This document shows positions 39,024 through 51,645 of a stretch of 64,000 nt of DNA, one piece after another (position 1 is the first letter of the stretch; every line of letters begins with the position of its first letter). Under the pieces are notes generated by a model. That model was not told the origin of the DNA. It was given only the letters and a program-made list of their open reading frames with translations, and did not search any database. This DNA is from Mytilus edulis (lineage: Eukaryota). Position numbers and translations under genes: made by a program. The stretch spans positions 14,384,001 through 14,448,000 of the forward strand of contig NC_092349.1 of the NCBI RefSeq assembly GCF_963676685.1. The letters run 5' to 3'.

Positions 39024-42000
39024 ATGGCTGAAGAGCAACCCCCAAGAAAATTCCAAGAATTAGAGGCAAGAATTTTTCAAGCATAGAAGTAAACCTTATA
39101 AGTAGAAGAGTTGTTGAAGAATTGGGTCTACTGAGAGGGAAATTCGGGAAGGATGTTACAGCAGATGCTAAAAACAAAATGTGGGAAAAGATAACTGCTG
39201 AAGTGAATGCTCTAGGTGTGAGCTACAGACAAGTTCTAACTGTAAAAACCAAATTTAGAAACTTAACAAGAGATGCCAAAGACAAATTCACGTATGAAAA
39301 AAAGGAGAGAAACAGGACAGGAGGAGGACCTGCTCCAAAGCCAATAAGTGTTGCTGAGGAGAATATTATAAATGCCTTAAAAGACACCTCCTCCTTCAAA
39401 GGAATTGATGATGGGATGGAAACTTCAGTGGGCAAGTATTTTTGGTTTACTGATGTCAATAATGTGCTTCCATTTATTTCAAACAATAAATCAGACGGTT
39501 ATTTTATTTCTATCTTAGAAAATAATGCAGAAAATTAATATCTCTGAGTGCGTCGTCTGCTATGACATTAGGATATCCCGTTCAACGAAATTCCCTACAG
39601 ACGTCGCCGATGTGCTATAAATAGAATTTTATGTTGTGTTATAATTACAACCTTCCTCTTACCTGATATATACAAATACCTTCTTGTGGTATTGATGAGA
39701 ATAATTATCACATACAAATATCTTTTCATCGTTAAAAATAAGGTTTAACTATTGTTTTGCAAGAGGTAAAGTTTGTTGGCCATCACCTTTGGCGGTCAAT
39801 TCTGTATTGCCCCTTACATCATCTTTTACCACAATGAAAAAAATTGAGCTGTGGTAAAATTTTCATAAAAAAAAATCCCATTACTTTTAAAGATTAATTA
39901 AATTTCAATAAAATTTACTTGTTAATACTTGTAACCAAGAAAAAACTTGGAATTAGTACTTCACCAAAAGTCATTGTAACATGTTTATAGTCCATTTCGA
40001 AATAGCCCTGCATTAAAAATTGAGTTATCTTTCTTTGTGCCTGATTTTTTTGTAATTTTCACTTTATCATTTTTTCAGGGTTTCCTCAGCAGACAGAAAC
40101 AAGTGAGAGTACACCAACACAATTAAGTATACAAGGTATGTATCTAAAGAAGATAATAAAGCATACACATTACTTGCAGTAATATTATAATTGTAACCAT
40201 AAGTAAAGAGAGAGATTATTGTTACAAATAATTTGGTATAAATTTTAGAGTGTAAGTATACTCAATACAGGGGGGATCAAGCAATTTTAAAAGAAGTTTC
40301 AACTGTATGTAAAAAATGTTTGTATCTATGAATCTATGCAAATCAATATTCTTTGTTCTTATTCATGTATGCTCTGTATGCCCCTTGTGGGCCCATAAGA
40401 GTTCTTATGATCAATCAAATATCCAAAAATAAAATTATTGTTAAAAAATTGAAATATAATGTATCTTCATTTTATTTCAGAAAGCTCATCATCTGATCCA
40501 ATATATTTTGCTGAACCTGTCAGCTCACCAATTCCAGCACAGATTGCTGTCTCAGGATGCCAGACATCTGATGGTAATCATTACATAGATTTTTGTATTA
40601 TGTTAATCGTAAATTATTTTTACAATTCCGCATTTCAAAAAAATGAAGATGCAATGTTTCGGAATCAATATTTCATTAAAGAATTGAGGTTGATATAAAA
40701 TTATATTGCTGTGAAAATAATCTATATAATTATATATATTTATAAATTTACTCATTGAGGGTCTAATACAGGATCTCTGTAATAGCACGCTTTAAGTTAA
40801 TTGTGTATCTATCTATTGACTTTCTTTCATTCAATTGGTCTTTATATATTTTCTCAAGTTGAAATTTACACAGAATATAATGACTTATGGAAAGAAGTAA
40901 CAGCTATATTACTTTTTTACTTTTTTTCTTTTTTACAATACCTTTCTCCAATCTATGTTGTTCAATTGATTGGGATTTTAAGTCTTGAATATATGTATCT
41001 TGACTGACACATTTAAATACATATATTCATTTATACATCAACTTCATTTACAATTTGGTGGATTGTTGTCTGAAGGTCTCTTAAGCAATCCTAATACCCC
41101 CCGTATGTTTATATACTAAACAGATAACAAATGGCTTTCCCAATTGAATGGATTTACACCAGTAATATTTGGGGCCCTATATAATAGTAGCTTGCTGTTC
41201 GGTGTGAGCTAAGGTTCTGTGTTGAAGGCCTTACCTTGACCTATGATGGTTTACTTTTATAAATTGTTACTTGGATGGAGAGTTTTCTCATTGACACTAA
41301 TACCACATCTTCTTTTATCTACCCTATATGCAATGTATACACATTCAACTGAGGCAATTTTAATGTTTCTTTAATCAAAACTTTCAGAACCACCATCTTC
41401 TGTGGAGAGTATATGGATTAGGAGACTGGAAGAGGTTCATCAGAGAAATAAAGAAACACGTTATACTGAACATGCAAACCTACCTGTGTCTGCCCAAATA
41501 CCTCCTTCATGCCCTAATAGCAGCACTCAGCAACCACCTAAAGCTAGGTATATGTTTTATATGAAAGAATACAACAGCCTTTTAATTTCTACACACTAAA
41601 TAAGTTGGATATGTACTGAATGCTCTTGAGTGTTGTATATAGCTGGCTTTGAAACTTTTTTAGATGGAGTCATCACTGATGTACGAGTCTTTTGGATCTG
41701 AATACATCCTGGAATGTAATTGCTTATTGCTGAAGGGATTGTGATGATACATCTTGACTTAATTGGGCTTCCTTTGGACTGTGCCCCATATTTGTCTGAT
41801 TGGAAATCATACCACATCTTCTTATGTATAAATGATTTGAATACTGATAAATATTCTTATAGTGCCAATAAATCACTCATGTAAATGTTTTGTATGAGAT
41901 TAATATGCATATTTGTTATGAATTAACCAGTTATTGAACTTCAAAAATAGTTTGAAAAGGAAAACTGAGTGGCTAAATTTAATAAAATGAATAATTGTAT

Positions 42001-42650
42001 ACCTTTTATACCTATCCATTGAATATGTCCAAAAAGTTCATACAGCAGCCCTGTATAAAATCAAGAGTTATCTCCCTCTTAATTGTTTCATTAAACTTGT
42101 TCTTAAGGATGAAATATGTCCTGTAAATGGGAATTATAATTCTAAATCAAATTATCTAATTTAACTACCTGTTAAATGTAAGATTTAGAGAAATATCCCA
42201 AATACTCATTTGCTGAATTAATTTAATAAAAGTCTGCATCCCCTTTTGTTTAAATATTTATCCGAAACAGTGATATAATATGATCAATTTTTGTTAAAGA
42301 GTATTAGTTAAAGGAATAAACATTTATGTATGAGTTGCAGAAATCTTGGCCTTTGGAAAACAATTTTTTTCTAAATAGTTATACTGGTTTATAATAACTA
42401 TATTTATTTAAAAAAATTAACAAATATGCATTTTTATTATATATATTTCAGTGAAAATAAACGGACAAAGAAACCCAAGAAAACTGCAGAAGACGTGTAT
42501 GAGTTGCAGTGTCTGGTGTTAGAGAGCGACCTAAAAAGAAATCAGACTCAAATGGAACTATTCAAGAAGCAAATGGAGTTATATGATATGATGAAGAAAA
42601 ATTTGGAAAATAGTTGTACAGAGACAATGTTAGAGGCTCTACTTCATTAA
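39024..42650 (+). CDS. Harbinger Myb/SANT-like DNA-binding protein; exons 39024-39431, 40079-40135, 40481-40573, 41388-41547, 42452-42650; 1-bp frameshift at the C-run 39039-39043
   Basis: RGKNFSSIEVNLI...KNKMWEKITAEVNALG...VKTKFRNL...NRTGGGP is the NAIF1/MSANTD-type trihelix domain; the last exon is coiled-coil-like. Phases 1,1,1,2 are all compatible, and intron 1 has a GC donor (G|GCAAGT). The ATG at 39024 is one base out of frame with the domain. Confidence 0.85.
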
Positions 42651-42764
42651 GTTTAATCAGCATTTATTTATAGATCCATATTAATGTTATATTTTTTATA
42701 TGTTTTATTGTTATTGATAAAATATATATTCAGAAAAAAGTTTATCAATGTTTTATTCATGATT

Positions 42765-45700
42765 TCAACGATTAAAAAATGTGGAGGAAATGTGGTCTCT
42801 GACACCTCTTCCATCCTGATTACCAAAGAAACGGTCCCCAAGATCTCCATCATTGTCTATCACTAATCCATCATCTTCAATGTCTGGTTCATTAAGTAAG
42901 ATGCAAATATTGTGAAGAATAGCACAAGCCATGATGATCTTGCATGCTTTGCTTGGTATCATTCTTATCTGAAACCGAAAAGTGAAAGTTATGTAGAATT
43001 ATTGCCTTTTTTAACTATAGCATGTCAATTTTATTATAATTTTTATTATCTTATTATACAGGGCCCTATATAAAAATATTATCACACAGATAGATTCAGC
43101 ATATAGATCCACAAAAAAATAAGTTTCTGATAAAAACCGAACAAAGTTTAATTTTGGAGACCTCAGTGTTGATCAATTTCTAATGGGGCCAAAATATTTA
43201 AATAAATAACAAGATAAGAACCCCAACAAAAAATGATTTTTTTTTTTTAATCAACTGCATTTTTTATGTTCTATAGATACATGTATAGGAAGATGTGGTG
43301 TGAGTGATCATTTGCTTAAAGAATTTTTTATGCTTTACCTCTGAGTGTAATATGTGGAACCTTCTCTTCAGCCTCCCAAATGTTCTCTCTATCACACTTC
43401 TGGTTGAACAGTGGCATCTGTTGTACTTCTTTTGATGATCAAGTACAGGATTCTGATATGGGGTCATCAGGAATGGTCGACAAGGATAACCACTATCCCC
43501 CAGCAGTACACCATTTGCCCATCCACCATTCTGTTCCATGTAGGTACACACCTATACATAAAAGTTTTAATTTCTTTTTACAGCAAATATTTGGTTAAAA
43601 CTTCCATTTTTATATTTAAATTGATATATTCAGCTTCGCAGGGAGGAGTTACACTATTTACCTAAAATAATATTCAGCAAGACTATTTTTTATATATTCC
43701 CTTTTCATTTATTGTATATCAATATTTTTTTTCATCATAAGCAACCCTAAAAACTAATTGATTGCTGCTTTATATGTATAGAATAATTGATTTTTTAACA
43801 TAAATTATTCACTAAAGATATTTCTATATTCTTTTCTCAGTTATTGTATCTCAAGATTTCTTTCAACAGGTTGCTTCTTTCTTAATTAATTATATAAATT
43901 TCCAATGATAAATTAATTATTTTGAACTGAAATTCAAAAGTCCTTACATTGACATTTTCACACCTTTATGTGTATCTAATGACAAAAAGTAAAAAATAAT
44001 ATTGATAAGAGCAAATAAAAATAGTGGTTTCATAGGCGGATCCATGGGGGGACTGGCCCCCCTTAGGTTGGAAAAATTTGGTTGAATATATAGGAAATCA
44101 CTGAAGCATGACTGGAGCGGAACCCCCCCTTTAGGTCAGTCAGAGGCCCCCCCTTTAGGAAAAGTTCTTGATCCACCACTGGGTTTTATGTCCAAGAAGA
44201 AGATTTTGACTTCCTGCAGTGGTGACCAATCCAAGATAAGAGATTTTAATTCTTTTATTGAGAAAATAAGAAGTCTGGACTGACTGCTAACATATAGTGC
44301 TTAAAAGGGAATAAAACTTATAAAAGATGACCAACATTGCAATAAAATACATACCTGTGAAGTCCTGAATATGTGGGAGTCATGACTGCTACCTGGCCAG
44401 TTTGCATTTATGTTTGTGAATTTACCTGCAAAATATAGATAATATATAATGCAAATAAGAAAGAAATGATGTAATAGCATAAAAAAATTTACATGTAACA
44501 AATTGTCTTTGATTAATTATTATATTTTTCTAATTAAGAGGTGTAGCAAAAGTTTAAAGAGAGGATTATTTAGTATCATGCAACAATGGACTTTAAAAAT
44601 AAAATTTATTTGAATCCATATTTTAAAAGTCTTGTAATGGTAATCTTAAAAGGGGGTGTCCAAACATTTTAAATTATTAGTGTATATAAACACAATGAAT
44701 AACCATGACAACTGATGTACAATGCAAAATTTATGCCGTTACTTTTCTGGTTCAAATTGTTTTACGTTGTCATTCCGGAGACTTTTACAGCTGACTATGT
44801 GGTATGTGTCTCGCTCATTGTTGAAGGCCGAACAGTGACCTATAGTTGTTAATTTCTGTGTAATTTGGTCTCTTGTGGAGAAATGTCCCATTAGCAATCT
44901 TACCACATCTTCTTTTTTAAATGTATAGACTTACAAATTTTGACTCCACTGTATTGTTTCAAACTAGGAACCATGATATCAAATTAAAAGTTGTAATGCA
45001 TGTTGCATAAGGCATAAATGTGCTGATCCAGTCATCAGAGCAACATCAAATTATAAATTGTACAAAATCTAGAGTACTCTAGGTTAATGTTTCTTTTTTT
45101 TTTTTGGATTGAAAGGGGGAAATTCAAGAAATATATCAGAAACAGCAGTGGTAGATACAGGATAGGGAAACCTCCCTTTTTAAGTTTATCAGTGTATTTG
45201 AATGGGGACATATGGTTGGAGCTCCCCTTCAGGCTTTATCTTATGTTGGGAACCCCCCTTTTTGGAAATGGCTGGCCCCTGAACATAATCTTTTTCTCAT
45301 TAAAGAAAACTAATATCTTCTTTTAATATTTGACTTACCAATATTTTAAGTTATCTTTAGTAGGTAAACCATATAAAACCCTAATCATGTCCTAGATGAT
45401 CCGTGATGAACTGAGTGAAAGTGAAAGTAAAAGTGAAAGTAAAATGTTCTTTTCTGAGAAACAGACTATAGGGGTCCCAGTCACACTGAAAAGTTGATAC
45501 CAGTTTATTATTTACGAAGGTCAATGTCATATTAGATGAGAAATGTTTTACCTTTGGCATCACAAACAGCCTGCACATTTACAGAGTGTACCCCTTTCCT
45601 ATTAACGAATGATGCTTCATCTTCTGATGGAGCCTGGATACGGACGTGTGTCCCATCTATTGCCCCTAGCACATTCGGGAAACCACTTAGACGGTAAAAG

Positions 45701-46302
45701 TCTCCTCTTGTTTCCTCCACATTCCTTGGCCACTTGATAAATTGATCCCGCTTGTTACAAAGTGATGTCAACACATCAGACACAATTCGCGAGACAGTTC
45801 CCTTGTGCAAACCTGTAAACAGACCAAAAACATACAATTTGGGAGATCGTTTAGAACAAAAAATAAAATGTGTATTTTACCGGCGTTTGTTTACATTTCG
45901 AAAATTAACAAATTGAAATTATCATTCAAACATCAGTCAAAGATCATTATAGCAATTGATTAACACAATTTTACTAATGTTTACTTAATTGTAAATCATA
46001 TATGATAAATATATAAATGAAATCTTACCTATTGTGTCTCCAACTACTTGCAAAAAACTGCCTGTAGCTAGAAATCTCAGGGTCACCATGACCATCTGTG
46101 GTACAGTGAGAGCATGGTTTCTCTTTGTTTTTCTTGTTATATCATCACTGACTAGATTAGAAATGAAATTAATTCCCTCTCTACCAAAGCGATACCGTTT
46201 TCGTAACTCCTCATTTGACAAATTCACAGAAAGGTCATCTTTCAGGCGAAAATGCCTTTCTTTTCTGTGAGGTGCAACAGGTACTTGTCTAAAGGCGGCC
46301 AT
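42765..46302 (-). CDS. Harbinger DDE transposase (HARBI1-like); exons 46302-46029, 45812-45552, 44425-44355, 43551-43339, 42968-42765 (340 aa, apparently intact)
   Basis: Motifs [72 protein letters not shown] introns with phases 1,1,0,0; 1023 nt with no internal stop. Confidence 0.96.
44031..44181. mobile_element. Small GC-rich MITE (GGCGGATCC...GATCCACCACTG ends) in a transposase intron
   Basis: Imperfect TIRs CATAGGCGGATCCA / TTGATCCACCACTG with internal G- and C-runs; a related piece lies at ~45145-45280. Confidence 0.55.
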
Positions 46303-46613
46303 ATTTAACAATAACTTAAATATTTAATCGACCTCCCAGAAGTTGTTAAATTTAACGACTCGTTATCATTATTTTTGTCGTTAAATTTTTTGAACAACAG
46401 TTAACGAATTTGTTAAATTTAACGACACTCTAACGACACTTTAACGACTGCGTTAGCTTAACGACACTTTTGAACAACCGGGCCCTGATTTTGATGATAC
46501 TTTGTAGTTGTAGTAACAAATATGTTTAGGTTTTCAAGAACTGTATTAGAGATTTGGCAATAAGTGGATGACTCCTACCCTGGTCCGACGAGGAGTATAT
46601 TTATAACATAAAG

Positions 46614-46726
46614 CTGAGACGGTGATAGAGCAGATTGTTATCCCGAGAATTCATTGTCCAGTGAGGAAAAGTCGAGGGTGACAATATTTTTCGAGGGTTA
46701 CCAATCTGCTCTTTCACTCTCTCAGT
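46614..46726. repeat. Hairpin inverted repeat (MITE core)
   Basis: CTGAGACGGTGATAGAGCAGATTGTTATCCC pairs with GGGTTACCAATCTGCTCTTTCACTCTCTCAG. Confidence 0.7.
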
Positions 46727-49700
46727 CAACAACAAAAAAGGACATTACGACGAACATCACTTATTGTAATGAGAGAAACAATGAAGACAACTAACGCAAA
46801 CGTACTTGGAACCTTCCATGACTAAAGAATGTTTTGAATAAGAGATTAACAATGTGATTGCACAACCCATGTAAATCAACTTCTTTTTTTTTTCTTCAAA
46901 TAGTTATACTGTTATATGTGTAATATAGGGAAAATTAAAAATTAGTTTTTACACTTTTAGTTTAAGCTATCTAATCAGTTGACACTTCCTCAGTGTAATA
47001 CATTGTACGCATCTTCCCAATTCATAGTGTAATATTTTTGTTTTGTGGTGTTTCTCTTGTGTACAACATTCGAAAATATGGCAAAAATATGAACTTTGAT
47101 CCTTTGACAAAGATATAAACATTTCAAACAACTTGAATCACACAGTTTCTCGAAAAAATTTCATTGAATATGTTGCAGTTTGACAAACATTGATTTTGAT
47201 CATTTAGAAGCTTAATATTCCCCAACAACACATCGCAATTAAACGTTTAATTGATTTTACAGAGTAATCCCCATGTAATGTAAGGTACCATCTTTACACA
47301 TCGATCGATCACCACAATCTAACATGAGCAACTCATTTTCAACATAATTGTACTCGAAAATTACACGTTAGTCTCGAACATTTTTGTATAACATACTTTT
47401 AGGTTTAGTAATTATTTTTTGTATAAAATAAAACCGAGTTAGTTGATTTTTCAAGTTATGCCTCATTCTTGAGACTTTTTTTTAGGGTAAACACATCAGT
47501 TCTTTATTTTATTATTCGTGTCCTATTCGAACAGAGAAGAGATTTTTCTAATCACAGTTTTATTCAGCAGATACTAGTAGTTGTTAAACGGTTATCTGTA
47601 GACCATTAAAAGGAAAATATGTAAAGGAAGCAAAACTATGGTGTAATGCTATCATAATTAACACTCGAATGAAGGGCTAAATGCTGAAACTAAAGTAAAA
47701 AATATGTTTACCTATAACACCTACGAAAACCATCGTGGAACATATTAGTGTTCGGATCATCCTGGTTCTCTACTGTAGTAACAGTAATATGTTATTATAA
47801 AAAAAAAAGAGATGTGGTATGATTGCCAATGAGACAACTCTCAATAAGTGACCAAATGACACAGAAAAGAAACAACTATAGGTCACCATACGGCATTCAA
47901 CAATGAGCAAAGTCCATACAGCATAGCCAGCTATAAATGACCCCGAAATGACAAATGTAAAATAGTTGAAACGAAAAAACAAACAGCCTAATTTATGTGC
48001 GAGATTGAACGAATAGCAAATATGTAACCCATCAACAGGCTTCTGACTTGCCTGTTTCGTGATAGATGTTTACAAGGTCGATGCATTAGGTATGCCGTCA
48101 GGTATGACCATCGATCAGTCATATAGAAACACCTTGCATGTTATTATATTTTAATCATACAAGTGGAAAATTTAATATGAATTAAACATAATAATAAATC
48201 ATCATTCTATTCCAAATATTGTAATATATGTCATTATTTATATCTGTACAATATTCGTTTAGCCAAAAAAGGAAAATATGTTCTTGACACAATTTGATGC
48301 AAAATCTAGGAGTAAAATTTCGCTAAAAGAGGATTGACAGGTCGAATAGACATGAGAATGATGTGACGGATAGACATTGATTTATTAATTTTTAAATAAT
48401 TTCTATTGAAATGAAATGGATTTTAAAAGCTACTCCATTTTTATTAATACATGGTAGATATACATAATGATATGTGATCATACTTTGTGAAGTAGACCTT
48501 TAATCATGAGTTTGTCTTTTGTGTCTATATAAAACTTATGACATGTGGTATGATTGTCAAAAAGACAACAATCCCATGTAGTTCAATGACTTGGATCTCA
48601 TGAATCATGTCATCGTAGGCCTTCGAAAGGCGTCAACATGAAAAATGAGAAACAGTTAAAACGTGAAAACTAACGGCATTATCTATAATAATATAGTTAA
48701 GCTCCCTACTTGAAGTAGACATATAACGGGGTTCAACATGTTTATGAACTTTCAACTATCCCCTATTCTGGTACATAGGTGTAACAGCACACGATAACAA
48801 CAAACGGCAAAAAACCTTTGCAAATAGATAAACTTAAAGATGAAGACAGTGTTAAATTGATAAATTTTGAGAATAAGTTTATCCAAAGGACTAATGTTTT
48901 TCCATCATGATGGATTGTATTTAAATTTATTTGATCTATAAACAACATCACCGTACAAATTAGGATTTGATATCCCATTTTTAATAAGAAATCTACAGCA
49001 ATCTTATTCGTTAAGATGATCATGAAACAAGTTTATTACAGATTTCAGTCGTTATATACCGCAACCTTAATAAAACAGTTTTTCCGTAATGTATGTGAAC
49101 ATTTATTCTTTAACGTTTTAATTTTTATATGTAAATGAAGTGCGCCCAATTGGATATTTACAAAACTGTGTATACAGTTAAAGCAAAAATGAATATAGCA
49201 TTATCATATCTGTTAGTGAAATAATAAAAGAGCAATGCATAAGGTTGTTAAATTTAATATATGCCTTTTTATGCTTCGTTGTAACAAATTTGTTTGTTTT
49301 TTTAGTGCTTATTAAAATTATAACACAATGTTGACTGCTACACCCCTATTATTACTTAATTCATTTCACTTTACTGGGCGGAGTTTAGCCGGTTCGCTCA
49401 TAATAAACCAGTCCATCTATAGATATGTGTTTTAGAATAAACTCATCAATGAAGTGTCCAGTCATTTCTTTGTAAATTCCTTTGATGACACTGAATTGTG
49501 ATTAGAAATCGGTTATAATTATAACGGCAATAATCCTTATCACACACATCTTCAAATAGACTGTCCTTATGCAAATTAAAACGTAATCTCCGCCCGATCA
49601 GTTGAAATAACATTGGTAATAAGTTTGTTTGATTTGTTCACGCATCGTTGTCAATATAATGGAACTTGGTGCGACTGTCATACACTTGAGAGGTTTAGCT

Positions 49701-49856
49701 AGCTACCAAACCAGGTTCAATCCACTATTTTCTACATAAGAACATGCTTGTACCAAGTAATACGACAGTTGTTATCCATCGACGTTTCCGTTTTGAATTT
49801 ACCTCGGATTTTAGTATTTTTGTGATTTTTACTTTTTTTTTTAAACAAACGCTTAC

Positions 49857-49911
49857 CTGCAATACATGCTAAGAGAACCAAAACTGAGATTATTTTCAGG
49901 GTTCCCGTCAT
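49857..49911 (-). CDS. Orphan signal-peptide first exon (MTGTLKIISVLVLLACIA-G), downstream exons not established
   Basis: Hydrophobic 18 codons ending at a consensus donor CAG|GTAAGC; TATAAA at 49963-49958 upstream. Confidence 0.45.
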
Positions 49912-51601
49912 CTGTGTTAGGTTATTGTACACCATAAAGTATCACTATGCCGTCTAATTTATACGGACATATGTAGATATAGATATATCACTTTTCTGAT
50001 TGAGTATGATTGAGTATATCATAAATTAATGAAGCCAGCTTGTATTAAATTTTGTATATTAACTTTGCATTTATATATTTTTTAAATGACGCCAATCGTT
50101 TTATTATATGAAAAAAATGTTAAATCAATATAAGAGAAACAAAAATGAAATAGGGTTTATCTAAGGAATGACTGTAATATTTTTCTGTCTTTGGAGAAAT
50201 AACATAAAATGTGGTGCACACTGTATAACGCGCGTAATGTTATTTCGAATAAAATGACAAACATTACCGTTAGTTTATATAATTTCTAAATTCCATTTTA
50301 AACCGGCGTAAATCATGAAAAACGTTGATGACGTTACGGTCACATGGCAAAATTGTGTCTATGATATGATAAACAAAACGACGTCAGCCAATCAGAAGAC
50401 GCGTTACATCATAAGTTAAATTATTAATCATTGTTTTTATTTATACATGTGATCTGTGATGTTGCATCAATTTTGAAAATTTGACAATGGAGGATCTGCG
50501 TGGCATTCCGACCATCATAAACAGCGGGTAAATAAAGTCAATAAAGTATTAAAAAGCTGTTTGAAAGTCATAAATCAATAAAGATAAAAACAAATCCGGG
50601 TTACAAATTAAAACCGAGGGAAACACATCAATTAGAAGAGGAAAACAATAGAAGACAGAAGCATTGAGGTGCAACAAAAACTAAAGTCAATGCAACCTAA
50701 GAGAAACGGACTATAAGATAGCAACTGCCATATTCCTGACTTGGTACAGGGCATTTTAAGAGGGAAAAAAAGTGGATTAAACCTGGTTTGGTGCCTAGTC
50801 ACACCTCGCGTTTAATTTAAAAGACGTGAACTAGAGTGTTTATAAACATTCGTTAGACTTTCCATAAACATTGCAACTGATGGCTAAGGTAAATCTACAT
50901 CACGTGTACGTATCAGGTTGAATTTTCATAGCACAATCGCATGAATTTATATTATTATGAATTTTACCTATGTTTTATTTATCAAGTCAGATTGTCGCAA
51001 TTTAGTAGATTACTTTCGCCGTATTTGGCACAACTTTCTGGAATTTTGGAACCTCAATCCTCTTTAACTTTATACTGGTTTTGTAATGTTGTCATTTTAA
51101 TGTTATAATTAATACTGCCATTAAAGCGGGAGGTTTGGAATGCCACAAAACCAGGTTCAACCCACCATTTTTTCATAAAATGCTCTGTACCAAGTCAGGA
51201 AAATGGTCATTGTTACATTATAAAAATGAGAAAGGAAATGGGGAATGTGTCAAAGCGACAACAACCCGACCATAAAGCAGACAACAGCCGAAGGCCACCA
51301 ATGGGTCTTCAATGTAGCTAGAAACTCCCGCACCCGTAGGCGTCCTTCAGCTGGCCACTTAAAAAATATGAATACTAGTATAGTGATAATAGACGTCATA
51401 CTAAACTCCGTTATAGTTTGTTTCTGTGTGTGTTATATTTCGGTGTTGTGTCTCTGTTGTGTCGTAGTTCTCTTATATTTGATACGTTTCCCTCAGTTTT
51501 AGTTTGTAGCCCTGATTTGTTTTTTCTCTATCGATTTATGAATTTTAAACAGCGGTAAACTACTGTTGCCTTTATTCGGCTTTTTAACTGTTTTGATATG
51601 A

Positions 51602-51645
51602 GCATCACTGATGAGTCTTATATAGGCGAAACGCGCGTCTGGCGT
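51602..51645 (+). ncRNA. Minimal type I hammerhead ribozyme
   Basis: GCATCA-CTGATGA-GTCT(TATAT)AGGC-GAAA-CGCGCG-TC-TGGCGT. Confidence 0.8.

Larger units (their letters stand above)
38799..46484. mobile_element. Full-length PIF/Harbinger DNA transposon (7686 bp)
   Basis: CTG|GGCCCAGTTGTTCAAAAGTGTCGTTAAGCTAACG (38799-38832) and CGTTAGCTTAACGACACTTTTGAACAACCGGGCC|CTG (46451-46484): 34-bp TIR with 1 mismatch and 3-bp CWG TSD. Encodes a transposase and a Myb/SANT-like protein. Confidence 0.97.

Noticed and set aside
42765-46302. Domesticated host genes HARBI1/NAIF1
   Set aside because: Both genes are enclosed by intact TIRs and a TSD, so this is a transposon; gene symbols are not assigned.
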